The notes under the pieces are model-generated. The model was not told the DNA's origin. It did no database searches and saw only the letters and a list, made by a program, of their open reading frames with translations. Positions 8,235 to 15,931 of a stretch of DNA of 21,239 nt are shown here, piece by piece. Each line of letters starts with the position of its first letter. Position 1 is the first letter of the stretch. Source of the DNA: a virus (lineage: Duplodnaviria > Heunggongvirae > Uroviricota > Caudoviricetes); the IMG/VR virus record IMGVR_UViG_2556921669_000003, positions 64,001 through 85,239 of that record; one strand, 5' to 3'. Position numbers and translations under genes: made by a program.

Positions 8235-8616
8235 CCAAAGAACGGTTCCCTACGAAAGTGGGGACAAGTTCTGCTTTCGGTCTTGCAATGGCGACGTTGA
8301 CGGGCAATTGATAATTCATCTCGTATCAACGAGATCGGGAAGCGCCGAGAGAAAAGGGTCGGATTTGGAGTCCATCCTTTTTCTCTCGACTTCGCGATGT
8401 GCCGCTATTCCAGTTCGGTTTGGACCCGCCCAGTCAACAGGGGTGGAAGCCGTCGCCGCTTCACATCACGCAGGAATCACAAAACCAAATGCTGCGAATT
8501 CCCGCAAGCACTGGTTCTTGTTGTGTGCAGGTTATTCCGACTTTTCCCATGATGATTTGATCGGCATTGTAATCCCGGCGAAAAACAGAGTCTGTTTCGC
8601 AGCCAAGTTCGTCTTC

Positions 8617-8651
8617 AAGCGCCTCTGCCCTAACCGGCAGGGGCGCTTTTT
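8617..8651 (+). terminator. Intrinsic terminator, probably bidirectional, between the late and SOS operons
   Basis: 13-bp stem AAGCGCCTCTGCC/GGCAGGGGCGCTT (one G-U pair) ending in TTTTT. Confidence 0.75.
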
Positions 8652-8669
8652 GCGTTTCTAGGCTGGAAA

Positions 8670-9314
8670 CTAGAGCAGGCTAGGCTGCTCGGTCTCGCCT
8701 TTCTTGCGCACCCAGAGTTCGGGCGTCCGGTTCATTTCGATCAGATCGGGTGGAAACACGCGCTTCTGAAAGGCGACGGCGTCGTCAAAGCTGCCATGCA
8801 GCCATTGCTCATATTCATCGCGGCGAAGCAGGACCGGCATGCGGTCATGGACCGGCGCGACGGCTTCGTTGGCATCGGTCATGACGCCGGAGTAAACCGG
8901 CCCCCATTCGTCGCTGACACGCCACAGGCCGGCCCATGCAGCGATCTCCTCACCGCGCACGCTGAACCATGTTCTGGTCATCTTGCCTTTCGGGCCTTCC
9001 GCTTCAGCGAAAGCGGTCAGGGGGATCAAGCACCGCCACTGCGGCTTTCTGGCAAGGCCGACCCACATCGGCTTGTTGAGATCGGCGATATTGTTGACCG
9101 GCTTCGGCTTGGCGTCGGGCTTCATGCCTTTCAGACGCAGCGGGAAGCCCCAAGTCATGGATTGCATGACCGGTGCGCCGTCCTCTTCACGGACGACAAC
9201 TCCCGGCGTCCCAGGGTAGATTTCCTCCGGTGCGTTTGAGCTCGTGGTCTTCGCCACGCGGAAATGCGAGGCGACCTCGTCTGCCGACTTCCTCATGCTG
9301 TAGAGATTGCACAT
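8670..9314 (-). CDS. SOS response-associated peptidase (SRAP/YedK/HMCES family), 214 aa
   Basis: Starts M-C-N-L-Y (catalytic Cys2); RCLIP..AFAE and HDRMPV motifs; TGATG overlap with the upstream gene. Confidence 0.93.
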   Translation of the reverse strand: MCNLYSMRKSADEVASHFRVAKTTSSNAPEEIYPGTPGVVVREEDGAPVMQSMTWGFPLRLKGMKPDAKPKPVNNIADLNKPMWVGLARKPQWRCLIPLTAFAEAEGPKGKMTRTWFSVRGEEIAAWAGLWRVSDEWGPVYSGVMTDANEAVAPVHDRMPVLLRRDEYEQWLHGSFDDAVAFQKRVFPPDLIEMNRTPELWVRKKGETEQPSLL

Positions 9315-9595
9315 CAACTGTTCCCGTTGTTCAGCGTCTGAATTGCCGCCTTGGTCTTTTCATTGCATTCCATGGCCAGGATGTGATGGTCCGCCAATGA
9401 GGCGATAGCCACGCAGGCTTCGCCTTCATCCCATCCCGCTTGGAGGGCCTTCCAAACAAGCTTTTGAAAGTCCGCCTCCAGGTCCTCTTCGCACTGAAGG
9501 AACCTGTCCTCATGATCTTGGTTTGATCTTGGTCCTGATATCGGCATGCGGGGAGGATAGGGCGCTGCGTTGATTGTGCAAGAGTTGGCCATCAT
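9314..9595 (-). CDS. Hypothetical protein, up to 93 aa
   Basis: ATGA-coupled within the operon; helical core CEEDLEADFQ...AGWDE. Confidence 0.7.
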   Translation of the reverse strand: MMANSCTINAAPYPPRMPISGPRSNQDHEDRFLQCEEDLEADFQKLVWKALQAGWDEGEACVAIASLADHHILAMECNEKTKAAIQTLNNGNS

Positions 9596-9933
9596 CCGGA
9601 CTTCGCGCCTCGTTTATCGAGCCTGCGTATCACTGACGCCACGCTCGCCGGTCTTGGCCCGGTCGCCGCACAACCCTCATCATACCAATCTTCAACGGCC
9701 TTGGCGGCTTGCCACGCTTCATCGGCCCTGCCGCTGTGGGGCATTGGACGTTGAAACCCCCACCATTCCGAGCACCCTCCCGACCACATGAACGTTCCCT
9801 TCTTTAGGCTCGTCTTGTCCCGCGATACACGGCCGATATAGAGGCCATCGTCATATGCGGACCAGTCTTCTGCCTCCTCGCCGGGCCAGGTGAGGACCCA
9901 TCGGTATTTTCGCTTCCAGTCGTTTCGCGCCAT
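9592..9933 (-). CDS. Hypothetical Trp-rich protein, 113 aa
   Basis: TGATG overlap with the upstream gene. Confidence 0.7.
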   Translation of the reverse strand: MARNDWKRKYRWVLTWPGEEAEDWSAYDDGLYIGRVSRDKTSLKKGTFMWSGGCSEWWGFQRPMPHSGRADEAWQAAKAVEDWYDEGCAATGPRPASVASVIRRLDKRGAKSG

Positions 9934-10190
9934 CACCGACTCACTTTCCCGATGATCCATGTGTTGCTGCCTTTGTTGCCGCAGGCCATGCACCGGAGCG
10001 CGGGCCGAAATTGGTGGATGTATCGGTCCGCGCCGAATCGTCGCTGTAGCTCCCAGCGATCAACCCAGCCCTCACGTTCGCAATTCGAGCAATGTCCACC
10101 GAGCTCGTACCATTCCGGAAGGCGGGCGAACGTCGGTCGGTCCGCGCCAAAGAACGCCTCAAAGTCTTGTGGTATCAATTGTCGCGCCAT
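9933..10190 (-). CDS. Small putative Zn-binding protein (CxxC...CxxC), 85 aa
   Basis: HCSNCE and RCMACG; first gene behind the LexA box. Confidence 0.72.
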   Translation of the reverse strand: MARQLIPQDFEAFFGADRPTFARLPEWYELGGHCSNCEREGWVDRWELQRRFGADRYIHQFRPALRCMACGNKGSNTWIIGKVSR

Positions 10191-10205
10191 GTTCTATGTT
10201 TGTTC
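10191..10205 (-). promoter_or_regulatory. Alphaproteobacterial LexA (SOS) box
   Basis: GTTC-TATGTTT-GTTC (GAAC-N7-GAAC on the minus strand) abutting the ATG of an operon that ends in SRAP. Confidence 0.85.
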
Positions 10206-10248
10206 TATAGAGCAACCAGAGTCAAGTGCGTCGCGTTTCGAGATTTCG

Positions 10249-10278
10249 CTTGACAAATTTGTAAAAGCAATCTAATGT
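10249..10278 (+). promoter_or_regulatory. Sigma70 promoter with palindromic operator overlapping the -35
   Basis: TTGACA-N17-TAATGT; ACAAATTTGT palindrome at 10253-10262, repeated at 18699-18708. Confidence 0.72.
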
Positions 10279-10286
10279 CTCATAGT

Positions 10287-10338
10287 TGGCGTCACCAGCG
10301 CCATAGGACCCACCAAGTCCACCGGCCTCACCGGGCCG
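10287..10338 (+). promoter_or_regulatory. Three tandem leader hairpins with CACC-containing loops
   Basis: TGGCG-TCACCAG-CGCCA, GGAC-CCACCAA-GTCC and CGGCC-TCACCG-GGCCG. Confidence 0.5.
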
Positions 10339-10362
10339 TTCACCACAACAGAGGAGGCGAAG

Positions 10363-11103
10363 ATGAGTCTTATCAGACGCATGCTATTCGGCATTGCCAT
10401 CGCAGTGCTCTCCGCATTGACGGTGCTTCTTGCGCCGACTGCTGCAGCCTACATCAACAAGCCGGCCGTTCCCGCCGCTCTCACCACCATGATCGAGCGG
10501 GCCGCGTTTATGGTCCCGGTCACGGCTGATGCCGCTCTTCTCATCAAGAGACCCAACGGATTGGGTTCCGGTGTCTATATAGGGGGGGGCAGAATAGTCA
10601 CGGCGGCTCATGTCGTGGTTGGTGCGAAAGTCGTGTCGCTTAAGAGCGCCGATGGGCGGATCTCCTCAGCTACCGTCATGGCCGTCGACGAAAAGGCCGA
10701 CCTTGCCATCCTCCAAACCGACATGCGCTTGCTGGCCGCCGATCTGTTCTGCGCCCCCGTGCCCGTCGGCACGCCAATCGTCGCTATCGGCAATCCTCAG
10801 GGCGTGGAGTTCGTCTCCGCCTACGGTCGGATTGCCGGCGCGGCGCGGGAAGTGGCGACCAGCCGCTTGGTCTATGTGACCGACATGACGACCGTCATGG
10901 GGCAATCCGGGAGCGGCGTTTTCGCTGACGGCAAGGTGGTCGGCATCGTCTCTGCTGTGATGCTCGCGCCGCTGCAGGTTCCTGGCCGGGATGGGGTCTA
11001 TGTGCCCTCTCTGGTCGGCTTCGGCTATGTCGTTCCGTCAACTCTGGTTTGCGAGATGATCGCGAAGCTGGATGCGGAATCAGCGCAAGGTGGCGCCGCA
11101 TGA
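10363..11103 (+). CDS. Exported trypsin-like serine protease (no PDZ domain), 246 aa
   Basis: Signal peptide/TM; triad motifs TAAH, ADLAIL and GQSGSG; GAGGAGG RBS. Confidence 0.88.
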   Translation: MSLIRRMLFGIAIAVLSALTVLLAPTAAAYINKPAVPAALTTMIERAAFMVPVTADAALLIKRPNGLGSGVYIGGGRIVTAAHVVVGAKVVSLKSADGRISSATVMAVDEKADLAILQTDMRLLAADLFCAPVPVGTPIVAIGNPQGVEFVSAYGRIAGAAREVATSRLVYVTDMTTVMGQSGSGVFADGKVVGIVSAVMLAPLQVPGRDGVYVPSLVGFGYVVPSTLVCEMIAKLDAESAQGGAA

Positions 11104-11531
11104 CCGCCCGCCTCATAATCCTCAACACCTGCTGGCTTGCCGCTCTCCTAACCGCGACGATACTCGGCTACACCGCATTCGTCTTCAACGGCGACGGCTC
11201 CTATGTGTCTTACGTGATTGCCGTCATCCTGGCGGGCAGCGTCCTTGCCGTATTTACCAAGCGCACCGAGCACATCCTGCCGGCCGCATGGCTCTGCGAA
11301 ACGCTCGGCTTCGTCGGGACGCTGATCGGCATCACAATCGGGCTGGCGGGCGTGGACGTGAGCGCCCTGCAATCCACGGAAGGCGTGATTGCGGCAGGCA
11401 ACGCGCTGTTCGGCGGCATGTCCACGGCCTTCTGCTCAACCATTACAGGCGCGGTCGCAATGCTGTGGCTGTGGTCGGTGAGTAAGGTGGCCGGGGACGG
11501 GAAGGCGGTGGCAGCCGAGGCGGGTGCGTGA
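11100..11531 (+). CDS. MotA/TolQ/ExbB-like proton-channel membrane protein, 143 aa
   Basis: Four hydrophobic segments; the last two read LGFVGTLIGI and GMSTAFCSTITG, matching the ExbB/TolQ channel helices. Confidence 0.7.
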   Translation: MTARLIILNTCWLAALLTATILGYTAFVFNGDGSYVSYVIAVILAGSVLAVFTKRTEHILPAAWLCETLGFVGTLIGITIGLAGVDVSALQSTEGVIAAGNALFGGMSTAFCSTITGAVAMLWLWSVSKVAGDGKAVAAEAGA

Positions 11532-11710
11532 TGGAGACTATTGGTCGCTACACCGTTGCCGTGGTTCTTCTCATCGCCTTGTTCGCTACTTTGAGGCTCG
11601 TGTTCTATGGTCTTGGCTACGCCATCGATTCCGGATCGGCCACATACTGGTATGGTGCACTGGTCGGCTGGCTAGGTCCCTCCATTCTGAGGAGGGTGAC
11701 AAAGTGCTGA
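11531..11710 (+). CDS. Small two-TM membrane protein, 59 aa
   Basis: TGATG coupling; two hydrophobic stretches. Confidence 0.6.
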   Translation: METIGRYTVAVVLLIALFATLRLVFYGLGYAIDSGSATYWYGALVGWLGPSILRRVTKC

Positions 11711-12231
11711 AGCTCGACGCGCTATTCAACTTCCTTGGCGTCCTCATTTTCTTCATCGTCGCGCTGCTCGCCCAGGTCAATCCGCCGACAGACCCAATCA
11801 TCGACCCGCCCGGCAACTTGGTGGCGTCAATCGCATGGCCTGCTGGATCGATCGATGTGGATCTGTGGGTCAAATCGCCCGGAGACGAGGCAGTCGGCTA
11901 CAGCCGCAAATCCGGCAAGGTGTGGTCGCTCCTCCGGGATGACCTCGGCACGGCCAATGATCTTTCCGGAATGAATTTCGAGTCCGCGTTCACGCGCGGG
12001 CTGCCCGACGGCGAGTACATCGTCAATGTCCGTTGCTACGGCTGCGCCGGCAAGTTGCCGGTGCCTGTCGCCACGGAAGTGCGGCTGGCTGATGGCACAC
12101 TGGTCTGGTTCGGCGTTGTGACGCTGGTCAGCGACAAGCAGGAGAAGACGGCGCTGCGGTTCGTGATGCGGGCCGGGAAGGTTGTGCCTGGTTCGGCTAG
12201 CCATGTTTTCAGAGAGATTAGGGGGGTGTGA
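11704..12231 (+). CDS. ExbD/TolR/MotB-like single-TM protein with a YfaP/DUF2135-like soluble domain, 175 aa
   Basis: GGAGG + GTG; N-terminal TM LDALFNFLGVLIFFIV with Asp; then DVDLWVKSP...LLRDDLG...GEYIVNVRCY. Confidence 0.65.
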   Translation: MLKLDALFNFLGVLIFFIVALLAQVNPPTDPIIDPPGNLVASIAWPAGSIDVDLWVKSPGDEAVGYSRKSGKVWSLLRDDLGTANDLSGMNFESAFTRGLPDGEYIVNVRCYGCAGKLPVPVATEVRLADGTLVWFGVVTLVSDKQEKTALRFVMRAGKVVPGSASHVFREIRGV

Positions 12232-12467
12232 TGGACCATGTCTTGTGGATTTTCTTGTGGCTGCTCAGCGGCGCGGCCGGGTCGGCTATCATTCTGGAAT
12301 TCGTGTTTCGACGCGACGGTCTCGATGTGATGCGATCTGACATCGTTCTTGGAGCCGTCATGGCGTTCTTCTTTGGGCCAATAAATCTACTAGTTGCGCT
12401 GGGCTGGGTCCCATTCACACTCCTCCGCATGCGCAACGCTGTCGTCTTCAAGGCTTGCCGCCCATGA
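12231..12467 (+). CDS. Small two-TM membrane protein, 78 aa
   Basis: TGATG coupling; two hydrophobic stretches. Confidence 0.6.
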   Translation: MDHVLWIFLWLLSGAAGSAIILEFVFRRDGLDVMRSDIVLGAVMAFFFGPINLLVALGWVPFTLLRMRNAVVFKACRP

Positions 12468-12895
12468 CCCACTCCCTGCTCCTGTGGCTGGCCACAGTCC
12501 TCGCCATCGGCATCGTCGCCACCACTAACCCCAAGCGCCGACAAGCCATCGCCTTCGCCATCATAGCGGCGGCCACCATTGTAATCCCGGTCGGCGCGCT
12601 AAGCTACCCTTCGCCATGGCTGCCTTCAGGCCCGCAGACCGTCCTCGGCGTCCGCGTCGATGTCGACAAGGCCATATACGTCATGCTGGACCCGTCCACG
12701 GGAGGCGAGCCCCGTCTGTTCGTCCTGCCATACACCGAGCAAGCGGCCCAGCAGCTACAGCAGGCGCAGGACGGCGCGGCCGACGGCGAGGGCACTGTTG
12801 TCATGACCCAGGGCGAGGACGGCTCGCCGGGCTTTGCCGAAGAGGAGGCGGGCGGAAGAAACCCGCCGAAGAACGCGGAGGTGCCGCTGCTATGA
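12464..12895 (+). CDS. Membrane protein (two N-terminal TMs, EPRLFVLPY domain, acidic tail), 143 aa
   Basis: ATGA coupling; hydropathy pattern. Confidence 0.7.
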   Translation: MTHSLLLWLATVLAIGIVATTNPKRRQAIAFAIIAAATIVIPVGALSYPSPWLPSGPQTVLGVRVDVDKAIYVMLDPSTGGEPRLFVLPYTEQAAQQLQQAQDGAADGEGTVVMTQGEDGSPGFAEEEAGGRNPPKNAEVPLL

Positions 12896-13038
12896 GCGCC
12901 TTGATCCTGACCGAAGTGGAGCGAGCAGCCATGATTGAGCAAACCATCTGGCTCTGCGGCGGGCTGACGACGGCAACGGCAGCGCTCGTCTTCGCCGCAT
13001 GGTGGTTCTGGTATCCGGAGGCGGCCGGTGACACTTGA
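12892..13038 (+). CDS. Small single-TM protein, 48 aa
   Basis: ATGA coupling; hydrophobic IWLCGG...AWWFW. Confidence 0.5.
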   Translation: MSALILTEVERAAMIEQTIWLCGGLTTATAALVFAAWWFWYPEAAGDT

Positions 13039-13207
13039 AAACCTGTACCGCGAGATCGAGGCGCTAGGTGGCGCCACGATCATGGATGACTACGACGAGG
13101 GCTATGCCGACGGTCTTGATGAGGCGTTGGCGGTCCTTCGGAAATATGGGTTCGGCGTGGAGATGGCGCCGGTGGCGAAAGGGGAGAATGGCGATGGCAA
13201 ATCTTGA
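13028..13207 (+). CDS. Hypothetical protein, 59 aa (not in the ORF track)
   Basis: GGAGG + GTG; MTLENLYREIEALGG...YDEGYADGLDEALAVL. Confidence 0.6.
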   Translation: MTLENLYREIEALGGATIMDDYDEGYADGLDEALAVLRKYGFGVEMAPVAKGENGDGKS

Positions 13208-13421
13208 AGGACAGGAGTTCCCGATAGCGATGATTGACTATGCTGGCAGTCGCGTCAGCCTCCGTGACTACCTCGCCTCCATAGCGATGCCGTCCTTGAT
13301 TGCAAAGGTTGAAGGCCAGGCCACCAATGAAGAGGAGCTGGCTGGCGTGATCAACGAGGTGGCGACCGTCTCGTACCGCATCGCCGACGCCATGCTGGCC
13401 GCACGGAAGGCGGCGGCATGA
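13194..13421 (+). CDS. Phage hypothetical protein, 75 aa
   Basis: GGAG RBS; SLRDYLA...YRIADAMLAAR pattern common in phage early proteins. Confidence 0.72.
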   Translation: MANLEGQEFPIAMIDYAGSRVSLRDYLASIAMPSLIAKVEGQATNEEELAGVINEVATVSYRIADAMLAARKAAA

Positions 13422-13771
13422 CACGGAACATCTTTGTATTCGGCAGCAACCTAGCAGGCCGCCATGGGAAGGGCGCTGCCCTCTACGCCCGGCAGCACCA
13501 TGGCGCGGTCTACGGGCAAGGTGTTGGACTGCAGGGGGATAGCTACGCCATCCCCACTAAGGATGAGGCAATCCACACCCTGCCGCTGCGCGAGATCAAA
13601 GGCTACGTCAACGCCTTCATCGGATTTGCGTGCCGGCACCCCGAGATGACGTTTACTCTCACGCCCATCGGATGCGGCCTGGCTGGCTACAAGCCTTCCG
13701 ATATCGCGCCGCTGTTCAGTCACGCCCCGGCCAACGTCGTCAAGCCAGCCGAATTTCAGGAGACCACATGA
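13418..13771 (+). CDS. Phage protein of the IFVFGSNLAGRHG type (putative macrodomain-like), 117 aa
   Basis: FVFGSNLAGRHGKGAA, SYAIPTK and IGCGLAG motifs resemble macrodomain ADP-ribose-binding loops. Confidence 0.65.
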   Translation: MTRNIFVFGSNLAGRHGKGAALYARQHHGAVYGQGVGLQGDSYAIPTKDEAIHTLPLREIKGYVNAFIGFACRHPEMTFTLTPIGCGLAGYKPSDIAPLFSHAPANVVKPAEFQETT

Positions 13772-15018
13772 CCACACCACCCCTGACCGATGAACAGCTT
13801 GCCGAAGCCGTCGCGGCACTCCAGACGCACGGCAGCCAGGCGGCTGCGGCAGACGCTCTTGGCCTTGCCAGATCCAGCTTGCAGAACCGCCTTAAGCGGG
13901 CGGCGGAGCGGGGGTTGCTAGGCATGGAGCCGGTACTGCCGGGGTTCCGGATTGCCAAGATCACGAACACCCCGAACGGCGACTATATCCAGCAAAAGCC
14001 TGAGAAGGGCGAAGAGTTCGCCGTCCCGGCAGGCCATACCATAAAAGGCGTGTCGGCCCTCGTGGATGCGGATGGACGCACGATCCAGCAGTGGGTGAAG
14101 ACCCGCAACGAATACGCGCCGCAAGACATTGCCGCCATCCTCAAGGAAGCCTTCGCAGATGTCCCGCCGGCCCGCCCGGCCTTCGCCCCGTCGATGCTCT
14201 GCCAGGATTTGCTTACGCTGACGCCGCTTGCCGACTGGCATATCGGGCTCTTCGCGTGGCATCGCGAGGCCGACACCAACTGGGACTTGAAGCTGGCGGA
14301 AGACATCATCGGGCGCGGCGTCGAGGACCTGATCAGCCGCACGCCGCGGAGCGCTCACGCTATCGTGCTGGGCGGCGGGGACCTTTTGCATAGTGACAGT
14401 AACGAGAACAAGACGGCCCGGTCGGGCAACGCCCTCCAAGTCGACGGGAGGTATCAGAAGGTGTTGATGACGGCCTGCCGGCTGGTGGTGCGGACCATCG
14501 ACGCGAACCTGCGCCGCCATGGTCATGTCACGGTCCGCATTCTGTCCGGCAACCACGATGAGCACGCCTCGGTCGCCGTCGCCTACTTCCTGCTGGCTTG
14601 GTATCGCAACGAGCCGCGCGTGACGGTCGACGTAGACCCGTCGCTGTTCTTCTGGTTCCGCTTCGGGAAGGTGCTGCTGGGCGCTACGCATGGCCATACC
14701 GTCAAGCTCAAGGACATGGCGAGCATCATGGCGCACCGCCGCGCCGAAGACTGGGGCGCAACCCGCCATCGGTTTGTGCACGGGTTCCACATTCACCACC
14801 ACACAAAGTTCGCCACCGAGGGCGGCGGAGTGATTTCGGAGTCTCACCAGACGCCGACGCCCCAGGATGCGTGGCATTTCGGTGCGGGCTTCATCTCTGG
14901 CCGGTCGATGCAGGCGATTAGCTACCACAAGGAGTTTGGTGAGGTGTCGCGCGTTCGAGTGGCGATGATGGATGCGGCCAACGACAACGCGCCGGCGGAA
15001 CAGCGGAGGGTGGCGTGA
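13768..15018 (+). CDS. N-terminal HTH + calcineurin-like metallophosphoesterase, 416 aa
   Basis: HTH SQAAAADALGLARSSLQNRL; motifs DWH, GD, GNHD, HGH and HIHH. Confidence 0.85.
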   Translation: MTTPPLTDEQLAEAVAALQTHGSQAAAADALGLARSSLQNRLKRAAERGLLGMEPVLPGFRIAKITNTPNGDYIQQKPEKGEEFAVPAGHTIKGVSALVDADGRTIQQWVKTRNEYAPQDIAAILKEAFADVPPARPAFAPSMLCQDLLTLTPLADWHIGLFAWHREADTNWDLKLAEDIIGRGVEDLISRTPRSAHAIVLGGGDLLHSDSNENKTARSGNALQVDGRYQKVLMTACRLVVRTIDANLRRHGHVTVRILSGNHDEHASVAVAYFLLAWYRNEPRVTVDVDPSLFFWFRFGKVLLGATHGHTVKLKDMASIMAHRRAEDWGATRHRFVHGFHIHHHTKFATEGGGVISESHQTPTPQDAWHFGAGFISGRSMQAISYHKEFGEVSRVRVAMMDAANDNAPAEQRRVA

Positions 15019-15422
15019 AAGAGGAGAACGCAGGCGAGCGGCTGCCGTATGACCTGCGGCTGCGGATTGGCAAGGCGCTAGATGAAGTGATCTGCGAGGA
15101 CAGCACTCCGGAGCAGGTAGATCAGTTTGTCGCCGTGTTTCGTGATTTTGGGCTCACAATAAGCGACAGGAGAAGCGTGATACATCACGACATCATCAAA
15201 CGATACGACGACATGCTGTCGGCATTCACACACAGCGTAGAGTGTAGGCCGCAGCCGGGAACCGAGCCCTGCCATTTACGGTGGATGCTGCAGGAAATGA
15301 GCGGCTTCCCCGACGCGGGCAAGGCGGGTCGATGGCTAGGCTTCGTGCAGGGCTTGCTGATCGAACGCGGCCTCACCACCGTTCAGGTCGAGCGAGATTT
15401 CACCCGCCCTTACTTCATCTAA
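15015..15422 (+). CDS. Phage hypothetical protein, 135 aa
   Basis: GTGA coupling; C-terminal KAGRWLGFVQGLL...ERDFTRP. Confidence 0.7.
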   Translation: MKEENAGERLPYDLRLRIGKALDEVICEDSTPEQVDQFVAVFRDFGLTISDRRSVIHHDIIKRYDDMLSAFTHSVECRPQPGTEPCHLRWMLQEMSGFPDAGKAGRWLGFVQGLLIERGLTTVQVERDFTRPYFI

Positions 15423-15431
15423 CCACACCAC

Positions 15432-15454
15432 CCTGCCGGCCACCAACCGGCAGG
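15432..15454 (+). promoter_or_regulatory. Leader hairpin with CCACCAA loop (copy of a recurring element)
   Basis: Perfect 8-bp stem CCTGCCGG/CCGGCAGG. Confidence 0.55.
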
Positions 15455-15475
15455 ACTACCACCAAGAGGAGAAAA

Positions 15476-15931
15476 ATGATGAGTACCAGAGACGATATCT
15501 CTGAGATGTACCGTAACCCTGCCGTTCGCGAAGCAATGCTGAAACAGGCCAACGACAACACCCCAAACCACGCCGCCGCCATCAACCTGTTTGCGGCTGA
15601 CTGCCACGCAGCAAGCCGCAAGGCCGGCTGGTACACGAACCCGACGACGGGCCTGGCGCTTGAGCGAAACGTGCCGGAAATGCTCTGCCTGATTCACAGC
15701 GAGATCAGCGAGGCCATGGAGGGCTACCGTAAGGATCTGCCCGACGACAAGCTGCCTCATCGCAGGATGATCGAGGTCGAGCTCGCCGACGCCATGATCC
15801 GCATCGGGGATCTTGCGACCTATCTTGGCTGCGACCTTGGCGGTGCCATCGTAGAGAAGATGGCCTTCAATGCAACCCGCGAGGATCACAAGCTGGATGC
15901 CCGTAAGGCTGCCGGCGGGAAGGCGTTTTGA
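15476..15931 (+). CDS. MazG-like nucleotide pyrophosphohydrolase, 151 aa
   Basis: GAGGAG RBS; LIHSEISEAMEG...EVELADAMIRI (ExxE...ExxD). Confidence 0.85.
   Translation: MMSTRDDISEMYRNPAVREAMLKQANDNTPNHAAAINLFAADCHAASRKAGWYTNPTTGLALERNVPEMLCLIHSEISEAMEGYRKDLPDDKLPHRRMIEVELADAMIRIGDLATYLGCDLGGAIVEKMAFNATREDHKLDARKAAGGKAF

Noticed and set aside
8194-8661. 155-aa ORF after the lysis cassette
   Set aside because: Overlaps the previous gene, has no RBS or motif, and runs through a terminator.
11100-12231. Calling the MotA/ExbD-like pair Zorya (zorAB) or a flagellar/Ton motor
   Set aside because: No long ZorA tail, no OmpA-like domain, and no zorCDE, TonB or flagellar genes; only the TM signatures are shared.
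13918-14928. 336-aa antisense ORF, and similar long shadow ORFs elsewhere
   Set aside because: Typical antisense open frames of GC-rich coding DNA, with no RBS or motifs.
4070-15465. CCACC-rich tracts as Chi sites or CRISPR repeats
   Set aside because: No regular repeat-spacer period and no cas genes; the motifs are confined to leaders and hairpin loops.
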